Shown: positions 52,208 to 61,698 of the stretch, in pieces
How positions within the stretch are numbered: the stretch's first letter is position 1
Layout of the letters: every line of letters begins with the position of its first letter
Assembly (NCBI GenBank): GCA_963814415.1
Contig: CAWFCN010000001.1
Span: forward strand, 34,533 to 98,532
DNA from: an uncultured Actinomycetes bacterium
GTDB lineage: Bacteria > Actinomycetota > Thermoleophilia > RBG-16-64-13
Reading direction: 5' to 3'
Length of the DNA stretch: 64,000 bases
Notes under the pieces: model-generated
Told to the model about the DNA's origin: nothing
Seen by the model: only the letters and a program-made list of their open reading frames with translations
Databases searched by the model: none
Program-made: the position numbers and the translations under genes

Positions 52208-52633
52208 ATGGTAGGCATGTTTCTATCTGGAGAGTTCGACCACACGCTCGATCCTAAGGGGCGAGTGACCCTGCCCGCGCGCTATCGCGAGTACTTCCGG
52301 GACGGCGTGGTGCTGGTGCGCTTCCCCGATCGGGAGCCCTGCGTGAGCGTGTTCCATCCCGATTCGTGGGCGGAGTTCGACCAGAAATACCTTGAGGGCC
52401 AAGACTTCTTCGAGAACGCCGGTCATCGTTGGTCGACTCGTGACATCTATAAGAACCAAGACTTCGTCGAGCCCGACGCCCAGGGGCGCGTGCTCTTGCC
52501 CGCGCAGCGCATCAAAGAGCTGGGCCTTAACGGCAAGGTGAAGATCATCGGCGTGCGTACGCACCTGGAGATCTGGGACCCCGACACCTTGGTGGCTGAA
52601 GAAGCGAACAGACGGGGGGGCGACAATGGCTAG
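52208..52633 (+). CDS. mraZ: Division/cell wall cluster repressor MraZ
   Basis: GEFDHTLDPKGRVTLPA, DAQGRVLLP, HLEIWD. Confidence 0.95.
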   Translation: MVGMFLSGEFDHTLDPKGRVTLPARYREYFRDGVVLVRFPDREPCVSVFHPDSWAEFDQKYLEGQDFFENAGHRWSTRDIYKNQDFVEPDAQGRVLLPAQRIKELGLNGKVKIIGVRTHLEIWDPDTLVAEEANRRGGDNG

Positions 52634-53591
52634 CGCCGCGGCTTCCTTCGCAACGGAGATGGCTATGGCTCACGTACCTGTGTTGGCCCAAGAGCTTCTG
52701 GATGTGCTGAACGTGCGGCCGGACAGCCGGGTGGTGGACTGCACCTTCGGCGCCGGCGGCCACGCTACGCTGGTGGCCGCGGAGTTGGGCTCGCACGGCG
52801 AATTGGTGGCCTGCGACCAGGATCCCACGGCCGAGCACTACTACCGTGATCTCACGCGCCAACTGCCCAAGCGTTCGCGCTTCATAGCCGGCAACTTCGC
52901 CGATGCACTGGCCGAGCTGGCGGAAGAGGGCTTCAAAGCCACTCACATCTACCTGGACCTGGGCTTGAGCAGCATGCAGATAGACACGCCCGAACGGGGT
53001 TTCTCGTACAGCTACGACGCGCCGCTGGATATGCGCATGGATCCATCGCTGCCGGTCACGGCGGCGGATATCGTGAACACCTGGGCGGAGCGCGACCTCA
53101 CCCGCTTGTTCGGCAAGTACGGTGAAGAGCGCTTCGCGGGCCGCATCGCGCACGCCATCGCGCTGCGGAGGGCCAACACGCCCTACAAGCGCACCTGCGA
53201 ACTGGTGGACACCATCAAGCAGGCTATTCCCACGCCGGCCCGCTTCGGCCAGGGGAACCCGGCGCGCCGGGTGTTCCAAGCGCTCCGCATAGAAGTGAAC
53301 GACGAGCTAGGCAGCCTGCAGCGCGCGCTGCCGGCGGCTTTCGACTTGCTGGAGACGGGCGGCGTCATGGCCGTCATAAGCTTCCATTCGCTCGAAGACC
53401 GCATCGTGAAAGAGTTCTTCGCCGGCAAGGCGCGCGGGTGCACCTGCCCGCCGGACTTCCCGGTATGTGCCTGCGGGGGAAAGCAGACCGGAGAGGTGTT
53501 GACCTCGAAGCCCCGTAGCCCCGGCGAGAGTGAGCTGGAGCTCAACCCGCGATCGGCTTCGGCCAAACTCAGAGCACTAAGGAAGTTGTAA
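52626..53591 (+). CDS. rsmH: 16S rRNA m4C1402 methyltransferase
   Basis: HVPVL, DCTFGAGGH, DLGLSSMQ, PLDMRMD, FQALRIEVN, SFHSLEDRIVK, NPRSASAKLR. Confidence 0.97.
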   Translation: MASAAASFATEMAMAHVPVLAQELLDVLNVRPDSRVVDCTFGAGGHATLVAAELGSHGELVACDQDPTAEHYYRDLTRQLPKRSRFIAGNFADALAELAEEGFKATHIYLDLGLSSMQIDTPERGFSYSYDAPLDMRMDPSLPVTAADIVNTWAERDLTRLFGKYGEERFAGRIAHAIALRRANTPYKRTCELVDTIKQAIPTPARFGQGNPARRVFQALRIEVNDELGSLQRALPAAFDLLETGGVMAVISFHSLEDRIVKEFFAGKARGCTCPPDFPVCACGGKQTGEVLTSKPRSPGESELELNPRSASAKLRALRKL

Positions 53592-54487
53592 TGCCCAGCA
53601 CAGCCCGCGCAACCTGGCTCGATGCCTGGGAGGGTCCTTCCACCCCCTCACCCTACACGTACCGCAGTGCCCCGCCGCGGCCGCGAGAAGACCGCTACGC
53701 GCGGCAGAGCGCCTACTCGAGGTCGGCGAAATATGCTGCCCCGAGGCCCGCGCACTACTCGGCGCCGCCGCCGCGCCCGCGAAGCGAAGCGCGCTTCGAG
53801 GCGCCGCCCACTCGCGTACCTAGCGCGGCGAGATACTCCGACTGGGCCGACGCCGCGGAATGGACGGGGTCAGTGGTGCACATGAGCGCCGCCCGCGCGG
53901 CGCGGCTGCCTATGGCTGAGCCTCGCCGGGATCGCATGAGCATCCCCGAGGCACCGGCCATACGTGACTACGACTGGGAGGCCGCTGCACAGCGCAGGCC
54001 GCGCCGCGACGAGTGCGAGCGCGTGATACTGCATACCGACCGCTCCATAGAGGCGCGCATGAGCTGCACCAGGCACTACGGCAAGGAGGCGACCGCTCGC
54101 CGCGCCGACCCGTGGCCGGAAGCGCCGCGCCGTCCCGCCAAGCCGCGTCTGCGCGTGGTCAAGCACAAGGTGCCGCGTTGGCGTTTGGGCATGGTCGCGG
54201 GAGTCTTCGCCCTGTTGTTCATAGGCCTCACCGTGGTGGCGCCCATACTCACGAGTTCGGCGGTCGCTGGGATGGAGTCGGCGGTGGGTCAGGCCGAAGC
54301 CCAGCAGCAGCAGTTGGCGGCGGATACGGCCGCGCTCTCTTCGCAGATCTCCAGCCTTTCGTCACCGCAGAGGGTGGCGGCAGAGGCCGCTCAGATGGGG
54401 TTGGTGCCGGCGAACGACGTCAGCTACCTGGCTTCGGGAGAGCAGCAGTTGGCTTCGGAGGGTGATACGACCGTAGCCGGCAGGTAG
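53591..54487 (+). CDS. ftsL: FtsL-like protein with long disordered N-terminus
   Basis: Lies between rsmH and ftsI; TM, coiled coil and LSSPQRVAAEAAQMGLVP. Confidence 0.75.
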   Translation: MPSTARATWLDAWEGPSTPSPYTYRSAPPRPREDRYARQSAYSRSAKYAAPRPAHYSAPPPRPRSEARFEAPPTRVPSAARYSDWADAAEWTGSVVHMSAARAARLPMAEPRRDRMSIPEAPAIRDYDWEAAAQRRPRRDECERVILHTDRSIEARMSCTRHYGKEATARRADPWPEAPRRPAKPRLRVVKHKVPRWRLGMVAGVFALLFIGLTVVAPILTSSAVAGMESAVGQAEAQQQQLAADTAALSSQISSLSSPQRVAAEAAQMGLVPANDVSYLASGEQQLASEGDTTVAGR

Positions 54488-54489
54488 CC

Positions 54490-56157
54490 ATGCGCCGGAC
54501 GAACAAGCGCCTAGGTCTGTTCATGGGCTTGGCGGTGCTCTTCTTCTTTGTGCTTTTTGGCCGGGCTTTCTATCTGCAGGTGGTAGCGGGCCCCAGTCTT
54601 CAGAAGCAGGCCGCGGAGCACACCACTCGCACCATCGCCCTGAACGCGCGGAGAGGCACCATCTTCGACCGGACCGGGCAACCCCTCGCCATCTCGCAAG
54701 AGATGTCCACGGTATACGCCTCGCCGGGCCAGATAGACGATGCTGCCGCGACGGCTGCGAAACTGGCTCCCGTCTTGGGGCTGTCCCAATCTGAGCTCTA
54801 CGGGAAACTCAGCAGCGACTCAGGCTTCAAGTACCTGGCGCGCCGCGTGGAGCCCAGCGTAGGAGCGCAGGTAGAGGCTCTCGAGCTGGCGGGCATCAGT
54901 GTCATCACTGAGGACAAGAGGGTCTATCCCCTGGGGGCGCTGGCTCCGCAACTGCTGGGGTTCGTAGGTGGCGACGACTACACGGGCATGGCCGGCGTAG
55001 AACTTCAGTACGACGACACCCTGTCGGGCACTGCGGGTGAAATGACTATCCAGAGCGATCGCCTGACCGGCAATCGCGTCGCCACGGTGGCCACCAAGGA
55101 AGCCGTCCCGGGCCAGTCCATCACCCTCACCATAGATTCCGAGATCCAGTTCAAGATGGAGACCGTGCTCACCGACGTGGTCAAGAAGTTCAAGGCCAAG
55201 AAGGCCTTCGGAATAGTGCTCGATCCCAAGACGGGTGAGATCTTGGCCATGGCCAACACACCCGTCTTCGACACGAATGCCTACGCGGCCGAGACTCTCA
55301 CCGAGGCCGACAGGCGCAACTCTGTCGTGACCGACCAGTACGAGCCGGGCTCGACCTTCAAGATGATCGCGGTGGCGTCGGCGCTCGAGAACGGCGTGGT
55401 CACCCCTCAGACCATGTTCAAGCTCGCTCCGGAGATAACGGTCTACGACCAGGTGATACACGAGGCCCACGACGACGTGCCCAAGGTGCGCAATCTGTCG
55501 GTCACCGAGATCCTGGCCCAATCGTCCAACGTGGGGGCGGCGACGCTGGGCATGCAGGTGGGCAAGGAGCTGATGTCCAAGACCATCGAAGACTTCAACT
55601 TCACGCGGACGCTGGGTCTGGACTTCCCAGCCGAAGCGGTGGGTGTCATGCCGGCGGAGAACGAGTGGTACGGCACCATGCTCGCCAATGTGTCCTACGG
55701 GCAGGGCATCGCCGCCACTCCGCTGCAGCTTGCGGCCGCCTATGCGTCGGTGGCCAATGACGGCATCCTGGTGCAGCCCCACCTGCTCAAGACCGACACG
55801 GACTTCTGGAGCCGCCGGGTGATCAACTCGGTGACAGCGGCTCAACTGCGCGACATGCTCACCGTGACCGTCAACGACGGCACGGGCAGCCGGGCGCGGG
55901 TGACGGGCTACGAGGTGGCGGGCAAGACCGGCACTGCTCAGAAGGTCAAAGAGGGCGGTGGCGGTTACGACGCCAACCGTTATGTAGCGTCCTTCGTGGG
56001 TATGGTGCCGGCGCTGGATCCTCAGCTGGTGATCCTGGTCATGGTGGACGAGCCGACTACCCAGCACTTGGGCAGTCTGGTGGCAGCGCCCGCGTTCTCT
56101 CGCATCGCCGCGTTCTCGCTCAAACGGTTGGGGATACCTCCTAGCCCGGTTAACTAG
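54490..56157 (+). CDS. ftsI: Division transpeptidase PBP3/FtsI
   Basis: RRGTIFDR, YEPGSTFK, SSNVG, GKTGTAQ. Confidence 0.94.
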   Translation: MRRTNKRLGLFMGLAVLFFFVLFGRAFYLQVVAGPSLQKQAAEHTTRTIALNARRGTIFDRTGQPLAISQEMSTVYASPGQIDDAAATAAKLAPVLGLSQSELYGKLSSDSGFKYLARRVEPSVGAQVEALELAGISVITEDKRVYPLGALAPQLLGFVGGDDYTGMAGVELQYDDTLSGTAGEMTIQSDRLTGNRVATVATKEAVPGQSITLTIDSEIQFKMETVLTDVVKKFKAKKAFGIVLDPKTGEILAMANTPVFDTNAYAAETLTEADRRNSVVTDQYEPGSTFKMIAVASALENGVVTPQTMFKLAPEITVYDQVIHEAHDDVPKVRNLSVTEILAQSSNVGAATLGMQVGKELMSKTIEDFNFTRTLGLDFPAEAVGVMPAENEWYGTMLANVSYGQGIAATPLQLAAAYASVANDGILVQPHLLKTDTDFWSRRVINSVTAAQLRDMLTVTVNDGTGSRARVTGYEVAGKTGTAQKVKEGGGGYDANRYVASFVGMVPALDPQLVILVMVDEPTTQHLGSLVAAPAFSRIAAFSLKRLGIPPSPVN

Positions 56158-56187
56158 GGTCGCGCGGCGGTGATAGAATCCCGACAC

Positions 56188-57771
56188 GTGAGACTTGATG
56201 ATCTACTAGCCGGCGTCACCGACGTACGCCTAATAGGACCGCCCGCAAACGACGTTACTTCACTCTGTTATAGGAGTGATCTAGCCCGTCAGGGCAGCCT
56301 CTTCTTCTGCGTACCCGGATTCAAGCAAGACGGCCACGACTTTGCCGCCGATGCGGTGCAAAGAGGGGCGACCGCCCTATGCGTGGAGCGGCCGCTGGAC
56401 CTGCCGGTCGCCCAGGTGCTCGTGCCCTCCGTACGCAGAGCGATGGGTCCCATAGCGGCAGCCTTCTTCGGTCACCCCAGCGGCCAGCTGCTCACCGTGG
56501 GCATCACCGGCACCAACGGCAAGACGACCTCGGCGTTCCTGGTGGCACATCTCTTGGACAAAGCCGGCCATCGCGCAGGGCTGATGGGGACGGTCGAGCG
56601 GCGTATCGGCGGTAAACAATTGCCGGCGGGTCGGACCACACCTGAGGCCCTGGACATCCAGCAGAACCTGGCGGACATGGTGTCCGCCGGAGACAAGGCA
56701 GCGGTGATGGAGGTCTCGTCGCACGCCTTGGATCTGGGGCGCTCGTTGGGGCTGAGGTTCAAGGCCCTTGCCTTCACCAACCTCACTCAGGACCATCTGG
56801 ACTATCACAGAACGCTCGAAGAGTACTTCGCGGCGAAATGCCTGCTGTTCTTGGACGGGGCATATCAGCAAGGGCAGCCCCTGGCGGTGGTGAATGTCGA
56901 TGACGACCACGGTCTGGAGCTCGCCTCCAGGCTGCCGCGCGACAGGGTGCTCGGCTTCTCGACCTCCGCCGTCGCGGGCCCGTGGGGTCCGGCGGAGTTG
57001 GAGTGGAGCGACTACTCTGTGGAGCCCGGAGGTACCCGAGGCACCATGATCGTCCGGGGCAGGGCCCTGGACCTCATGACGGCGGCTGCGGCTGCCGCAG
57101 GGGCGGGCGGCCCTGATGCCGCCGCTGCTGGGGTCGCCGCGCATGGCACCGAGGCCCGCCTGGAGGTGGCCACGCCGCTGCTGGGCGAGTTCAATGTAGC
57201 CAATACACTCACGGCCCTTGGGGTGGGGCTGGTCTTGGGCCTCGATCTGCGCCAGATGCTGGCCGACCTGAGCGACTTTACAGGGGTCCCGGGGCGCATG
57301 GAGCCGGTGGACGCCGGGCAGGACTTCACCGTGCTTGTCGACTACGCGCATACCCCCGATTCGGTGCGCAATGCCCTGGTGACGGCGCGAGGCTTCACCA
57401 GAGGTAGGCTCATCGCGCTCGTGGGCTGCGGTGGCGACCGTGATAAGAGCAAGCGGCCTCTGATGGGCCGCGAGGGCGAGAAGATCGCCGATCTGCTTTT
57501 CATCACCTCGGACAACCCCAGAAGCGAGGACCCGCTCGCCATCATCGCCGATATCACCGCCGGCCTGGAGGCGCCGGCAGCCGCAAGAGTGCAGCCCGAC
57601 CGCAGACAGGCGATAGCAGAGGCGCTGGCAGAGGCGCAGGCGGGGGACGTGGTGGTGATCCTGGGGAAGGGCCACGAGTCGGGCCAGGAGTTCGCTACCC
57701 ACACCATCCCGTTCGACGACCGCGAGGTCGCTCGTGAGGCGCTGTCGGCTCTGTGGGGAGGCAGCCGGTGA
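56188..57771 (+). CDS. murE: UDP-MurNAc-dipeptide--meso-DAP ligase
   Basis: GITGTNGKTT, MEVSSH, DHLDYH, DYAHTPD, DNPR (DAP-type), GKGHE. Confidence 0.96.
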   Translation: MRLDDLLAGVTDVRLIGPPANDVTSLCYRSDLARQGSLFFCVPGFKQDGHDFAADAVQRGATALCVERPLDLPVAQVLVPSVRRAMGPIAAAFFGHPSGQLLTVGITGTNGKTTSAFLVAHLLDKAGHRAGLMGTVERRIGGKQLPAGRTTPEALDIQQNLADMVSAGDKAAVMEVSSHALDLGRSLGLRFKALAFTNLTQDHLDYHRTLEEYFAAKCLLFLDGAYQQGQPLAVVNVDDDHGLELASRLPRDRVLGFSTSAVAGPWGPAELEWSDYSVEPGGTRGTMIVRGRALDLMTAAAAAAGAGGPDAAAAGVAAHGTEARLEVATPLLGEFNVANTLTALGVGLVLGLDLRQMLADLSDFTGVPGRMEPVDAGQDFTVLVDYAHTPDSVRNALVTARGFTRGRLIALVGCGGDRDKSKRPLMGREGEKIADLLFITSDNPRSEDPLAIIADITAGLEAPAAARVQPDRRQAIAEALAEAQAGDVVVILGKGHESGQEFATHTIPFDDREVAREALSALWGGSR

Positions 57772-59264
57772 TAGTGCTTGACGCTGAGCGGGCCGGCAGG
57801 GCCTTGGGAGTGGGCACGTTGGCGGCGCCGGTGGCCGGTGTGAGCATCGACAGCCGCGCTGTGCGTCCTGGCGAACTCTTCGTCGCGTTGCAGGGGGAGC
57901 GCTTCGACGGCCATGACTACGTGGAGGCTGCTATGGCCGCGGGTGCGAGCGGCGCCGTGGTGGACAAGCAGGTCTGGGCTGCGCGCGAGGTGCAGGGCGG
58001 ACCCGTCTATGCGGTGCCCGACACCCTGGCGGCGCTGGGTGCCCTCGCTCGGGAGGTGCGGCGGGCTTCGGGAGTGACGGTCTTCGCCATCACGGGCAGC
58101 GCAGGTAAGACCAGCACCAAGGACCTGCTGAAGGCCATGGTGGGGCGCGTGCGCAAGGTCGTCGCCACTGCCGGCAACCAGAACAACGAAGTGGGGGTCC
58201 CGCTGACACTCTTGGCGGTGGAGCCCGGCATAGAAGCCGTGGTGGTGGAGATGGGCATGCGGGGCCGCGGTCAGATAGCGGAGTTGGCCGCGGTGGCCGA
58301 GCCCGACGTGGGCATCATCACCAACGTTCATCCGGTCCACTTGGAGTTGCTGGGCACCCTGGAGAGCATCGCGGAGGCCAAGGCGGAGCTACTGGCCGGC
58401 GTGCGTCTCGGTGGTGCGGCTGTGGTGCCCGCGGACTGCCCGCCGCTGGAGCCCTGCTTGGCCCAGTACTCGTGCCGTCTGGTCCGCTTCGGGGTAGGCT
58501 CGCACGGAGAGGGCGCGGCCTTCGGCGCGGAGGTGAGCGGTTGGCTGGAGCCACAGGGTAAGGGCGGCTACGAGTGGGTGGTGCGTTGGCCGGGAGGCGA
58601 GACGCGGGTGGCCGTTCCCTACCTGCCCAAGCACACCCTTGAGAATGCGGCTGCCGCGGTGGCGGCCTGCTACGCCGCGGGGCTCGCGGTGCGAGAGTGC
58701 GCCGCGGGTATCGCCGACGTGCAGTTCAGCGACGGGCGGGGGCAGACCGTCGAAGCCGGCGGCGTCTGCCTCATAGACGACACCTACAACGCCAACCCGG
58801 CAGCGGTCGGTGCGGCCGTGCATCACTTGGTCGACCTGGCGGCAGAGCGCGGAGGGCGCGCTGTGGCGGTTCTGGGGGACATGCTGGAGCTGGGTCCTGA
58901 CCAGGAGCGCTTTCACGAGCAGACAGGGGCCGCCGCGGCGAAGGCGGGCGTCTTGGTGCTTTGGGGGGTCGGGCCGCTGTCGGCGGCGACGGTGAGGGGC
59001 TTTCGGCGCTGGTGGCAAGAGGACGGCAAGGGCGGCGCTGAGTGGAGTTCCGGGCATCTGACCTCCGCGGACGAGGCCGACGCCCTGCTTGAGGGGTTGC
59101 GACCGGGCGACGTGGTGCTTGTTAAGGCGTCGCGTAGCGTTCGGCTTGAGAAAGTGGTAAATAGAGTGCTCGGTGAGGCAACGGCCGGCAGATGGAGCGG
59201 GGGGGCCGCGCATGTTGAGGTCGAGGGCGATACGACTGGGGAGAAGCGGCATTGCTACAGGTAA
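57768..59264 (+). CDS. murF: UDP-MurNAc-tripeptide--D-Ala-D-Ala ligase
   Basis: ITGSAGKTSTK, NNEVGVPLT, EMGM, DDTYNANP, GDMLELG, VKASR. Confidence 0.96.
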   Translation: MIVLDAERAGRALGVGTLAAPVAGVSIDSRAVRPGELFVALQGERFDGHDYVEAAMAAGASGAVVDKQVWAAREVQGGPVYAVPDTLAALGALAREVRRASGVTVFAITGSAGKTSTKDLLKAMVGRVRKVVATAGNQNNEVGVPLTLLAVEPGIEAVVVEMGMRGRGQIAELAAVAEPDVGIITNVHPVHLELLGTLESIAEAKAELLAGVRLGGAAVVPADCPPLEPCLAQYSCRLVRFGVGSHGEGAAFGAEVSGWLEPQGKGGYEWVVRWPGGETRVAVPYLPKHTLENAAAAVAACYAAGLAVRECAAGIADVQFSDGRGQTVEAGGVCLIDDTYNANPAAVGAAVHHLVDLAAERGGRAVAVLGDMLELGPDQERFHEQTGAAAAKAGVLVLWGVGPLSAATVRGFRRWWQEDGKGGAEWSSGHLTSADEADALLEGLRPGDVVLVKASRSVRLEKVVNRVLGEATAGRWSGGAAHVEVEGDTTGEKRHCYR

Positions 59265-60226
59265 TGGCGGCTGCGCTGATGGCGCTGGTCATAGGCATGG
59301 TGGCGGGACCGCAATACATCCGGTGGCTGACCCGGCGGGGTATAGGGCAGAACATCAGAGAGGTCGGCCCCGAGACTCATAGCGCCAAACAGGGGACTCC
59401 CACGATGGGTGGGGTGCTCATTTTGGTGGCGGCTCTCATCCCCTATGCCATCTTCGCGACCCACAATGTGAGCAGCCTGGTGCTGTTCATCATCACCTTC
59501 GGCTGTGGTCTCATAGGTTTCGCCGACGACTTCATCAGCCAGTGGCGCAGACGGTCTCTGGGCCTGAACGGCAAAGTGAAGCTTCTGCTGCAATTGCCAC
59601 TCACCGGTTTTGCCGTATGGCTGGGCCTCAGATATGGGGCCCTTACGACCAAGCTCTACGTCCCGTTTGTGGAACAGGGGCTTGACATAGGCTGGGCCTA
59701 CTACATCTTTGCGTTCCTGCTTGTGGCCGGTTTCTCCAACGCAGTCAACCTGACCGATGGCCTTGACGGCCTGGCCGCGGGAACCGTCTCCATGGCTTTC
59801 TTTGCCTACGCGGGCATCGCCTTTCTCAAAGGCAAGCCCAACTTGGCCATCTTGGCTGTCTGCCTGGCGGGCGCTTCCGTAGGCTTTCTTTGGTACAACA
59901 CCCACCCGGCCAGCGTCTTTATGGGCGACACCGGCTCGTTGGCTTTGGGCGCGGGGCTGGCAGCGGTGGCTATCGCCACTAAGATGGAAGTACTGTCGCT
60001 GCTCATAGGTGGCATCTTCGTGGCCGAGGCCCTGAGCGTGATGATCCAGGTCTTCAGCTTCAGGGTGTTCCACAAGCGAGTGTTCCTCATGGCCCCGCTT
60101 CACCATCATTTCGAACTGAAGGGTTGGTCGGAGACCAAGATCATCGTGCGCTTCTGGATCATCGCGGCCATCCTTTCGGGCGCGGGCTTCGCCCTCTACT
60201 ACCTGTCTAACACGCGCCTCCGGTAG
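59252..60226 (+). CDS. mraY: Phospho-MurNAc-pentapeptide transferase
   Basis: KQGTPTMGG, NAVNLTDGLDGL, FMGDTGS, MAPLHHHFE. Confidence 0.97.
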   Translation: MLQVMAAALMALVIGMVAGPQYIRWLTRRGIGQNIREVGPETHSAKQGTPTMGGVLILVAALIPYAIFATHNVSSLVLFIITFGCGLIGFADDFISQWRRRSLGLNGKVKLLLQLPLTGFAVWLGLRYGALTTKLYVPFVEQGLDIGWAYYIFAFLLVAGFSNAVNLTDGLDGLAAGTVSMAFFAYAGIAFLKGKPNLAILAVCLAGASVGFLWYNTHPASVFMGDTGSLALGAGLAAVAIATKMEVLSLLIGGIFVAEALSVMIQVFSFRVFHKRVFLMAPLHHHFELKGWSETKIIVRFWIIAAILSGAGFALYYLSNTRLR

Positions 60227-60231
60227 GTCTG

Positions 60232-61698
60232 ATGATGAGGAGAGAAGGGCGCTCAGCATCTCGGACTGGGGACGGCGGGGAGGGACTGCCGCCGGGGGTG
60301 CGCCGGGTGCTCGTCTTGGGGGCCAGCCGCTCGGGCACCAGCGCGGCGGTGGCGTTGGCGGGGCTTGGTCTAGAGGTGGTGCTGAGCGATCAGCGCAGCC
60401 CCGAGACTCTTCCGGGCATCGAGGACACCCTGCACAGTGGCGTGCGCTACGTGCGCGAAGACACGCTGGCGGGTGAGTGGCCTCACCCCGATCTGGTGAT
60501 AAAGAGCCCCGGAGTGCCTGCCGAAGCGGCGCCGGTGCAGGCGGCGCGAGACAAAGGGGTGCAGGTGTGGAGCGAGCTGGAGTTGGCGTACGCGCTCCTG
60601 CCGAATCCCTTCGACGCGGTGACCGGCACCAACGGCAAGACCACGACCACGGCGCTCTTGGGCCACCTCTTCGCCACAGCGGGCCGGCCTGCTCAGGTGT
60701 TGGGCAATATCGGAGTAGCCGTGACGTCGGTGGCCGGCAAGATCCACCCCGGCGACGAGTTGGTGGTGGAGGTCTCAAGCTTTCAGCTGGAGGACACCGT
60801 AGCCTTCAGGCCGGCGGTGGGGGTCTTCATCAACCTCACGCCTGACCATCTGGACAGGCACGGCACCATGGAGCGCTATCTGGAGTGCAAGGCCAACCTC
60901 TTCGCCAACCAGCGCACCGGCGATGTGGCCGTGCTCAATCTGAGCGATCCGGCGGTGGCGGCGCTGGGGGTGGATCTGGCGGCGCGGGTCGGAGGCCCGC
61001 GCGTCTCGTACTTCTCCGTGGCCGGACCGGAGGCAGGCGGGCTCGGCGGCGCGCTCTTGCCGCACTCCTGGGTGGAGTCGGGGGCGCTCTACCTTGATGG
61101 CGAGCCGGTAGTACGAGTGGACGAGATCAAGCTGCCCGGGCGGCACAATCTCGAGAACTGCCTGGCCGCGGGCGCGGCCGCGCTGGCCCGCGGCATCAGC
61201 AGAGAGGCGGTGGCGGAGGGACTGCGCAGCTTCGGCGGCGTGCCTCATAGGCTCGAGATGGCAGGAATGGTCGCCGGCGTGACGTATGTGAACGATAGTA
61301 AGGCAACCAACGTGGAGGCCACCCTGACTGCCTTGAACGCGTATCCGGACAACACCCACCTGATCCTGGGGGGTCGGGACAAGCACTCCGACTACCGCCC
61401 GGTGGCGCGAGCTTGCTCGCGCGGCTGCAAGGCCGTCTACCTGATAGGCGAGGCCACGCCGCTCATCGAGGCGGCCTTTGCCGAGGTGCGGGACCTGGAG
61501 GGTGTCCGCGGTGTGCCCGCGGTGCGAGTATGCGGTGACCTCGAAAGAGCGGTAGACGAAGCGACCGAGGCCGCGGACCCGGGAGATGTGGTGCTTCTGG
61601 CGCCGGCGTGCGCGAGCTTCGACCAATACAAGAACTTCGAAGAGCGAGGCGAACACTTCGTGGGCTTGGTCAGGCGGCGGGGTGACAGGCGGGCATGA
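60232..61698 (+). CDS. murD: UDP-MurNAc-L-Ala--D-Glu ligase
   Basis: KSPGVP, VTGTNGKTTT, EVSSFQL, DHLDRH, NDSKATN, PACASFDQ. Confidence 0.97.
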   Translation: MMRREGRSASRTGDGGEGLPPGVRRVLVLGASRSGTSAAVALAGLGLEVVLSDQRSPETLPGIEDTLHSGVRYVREDTLAGEWPHPDLVIKSPGVPAEAAPVQAARDKGVQVWSELELAYALLPNPFDAVTGTNGKTTTTALLGHLFATAGRPAQVLGNIGVAVTSVAGKIHPGDELVVEVSSFQLEDTVAFRPAVGVFINLTPDHLDRHGTMERYLECKANLFANQRTGDVAVLNLSDPAVAALGVDLAARVGGPRVSYFSVAGPEAGGLGGALLPHSWVESGALYLDGEPVVRVDEIKLPGRHNLENCLAAGAAALARGISREAVAEGLRSFGGVPHRLEMAGMVAGVTYVNDSKATNVEATLTALNAYPDNTHLILGGRDKHSDYRPVARACSRGCKAVYLIGEATPLIEAAFAEVRDLEGVRGVPAVRVCGDLERAVDEATEAADPGDVVLLAPACASFDQYKNFEERGEHFVGLVRRRGDRRA

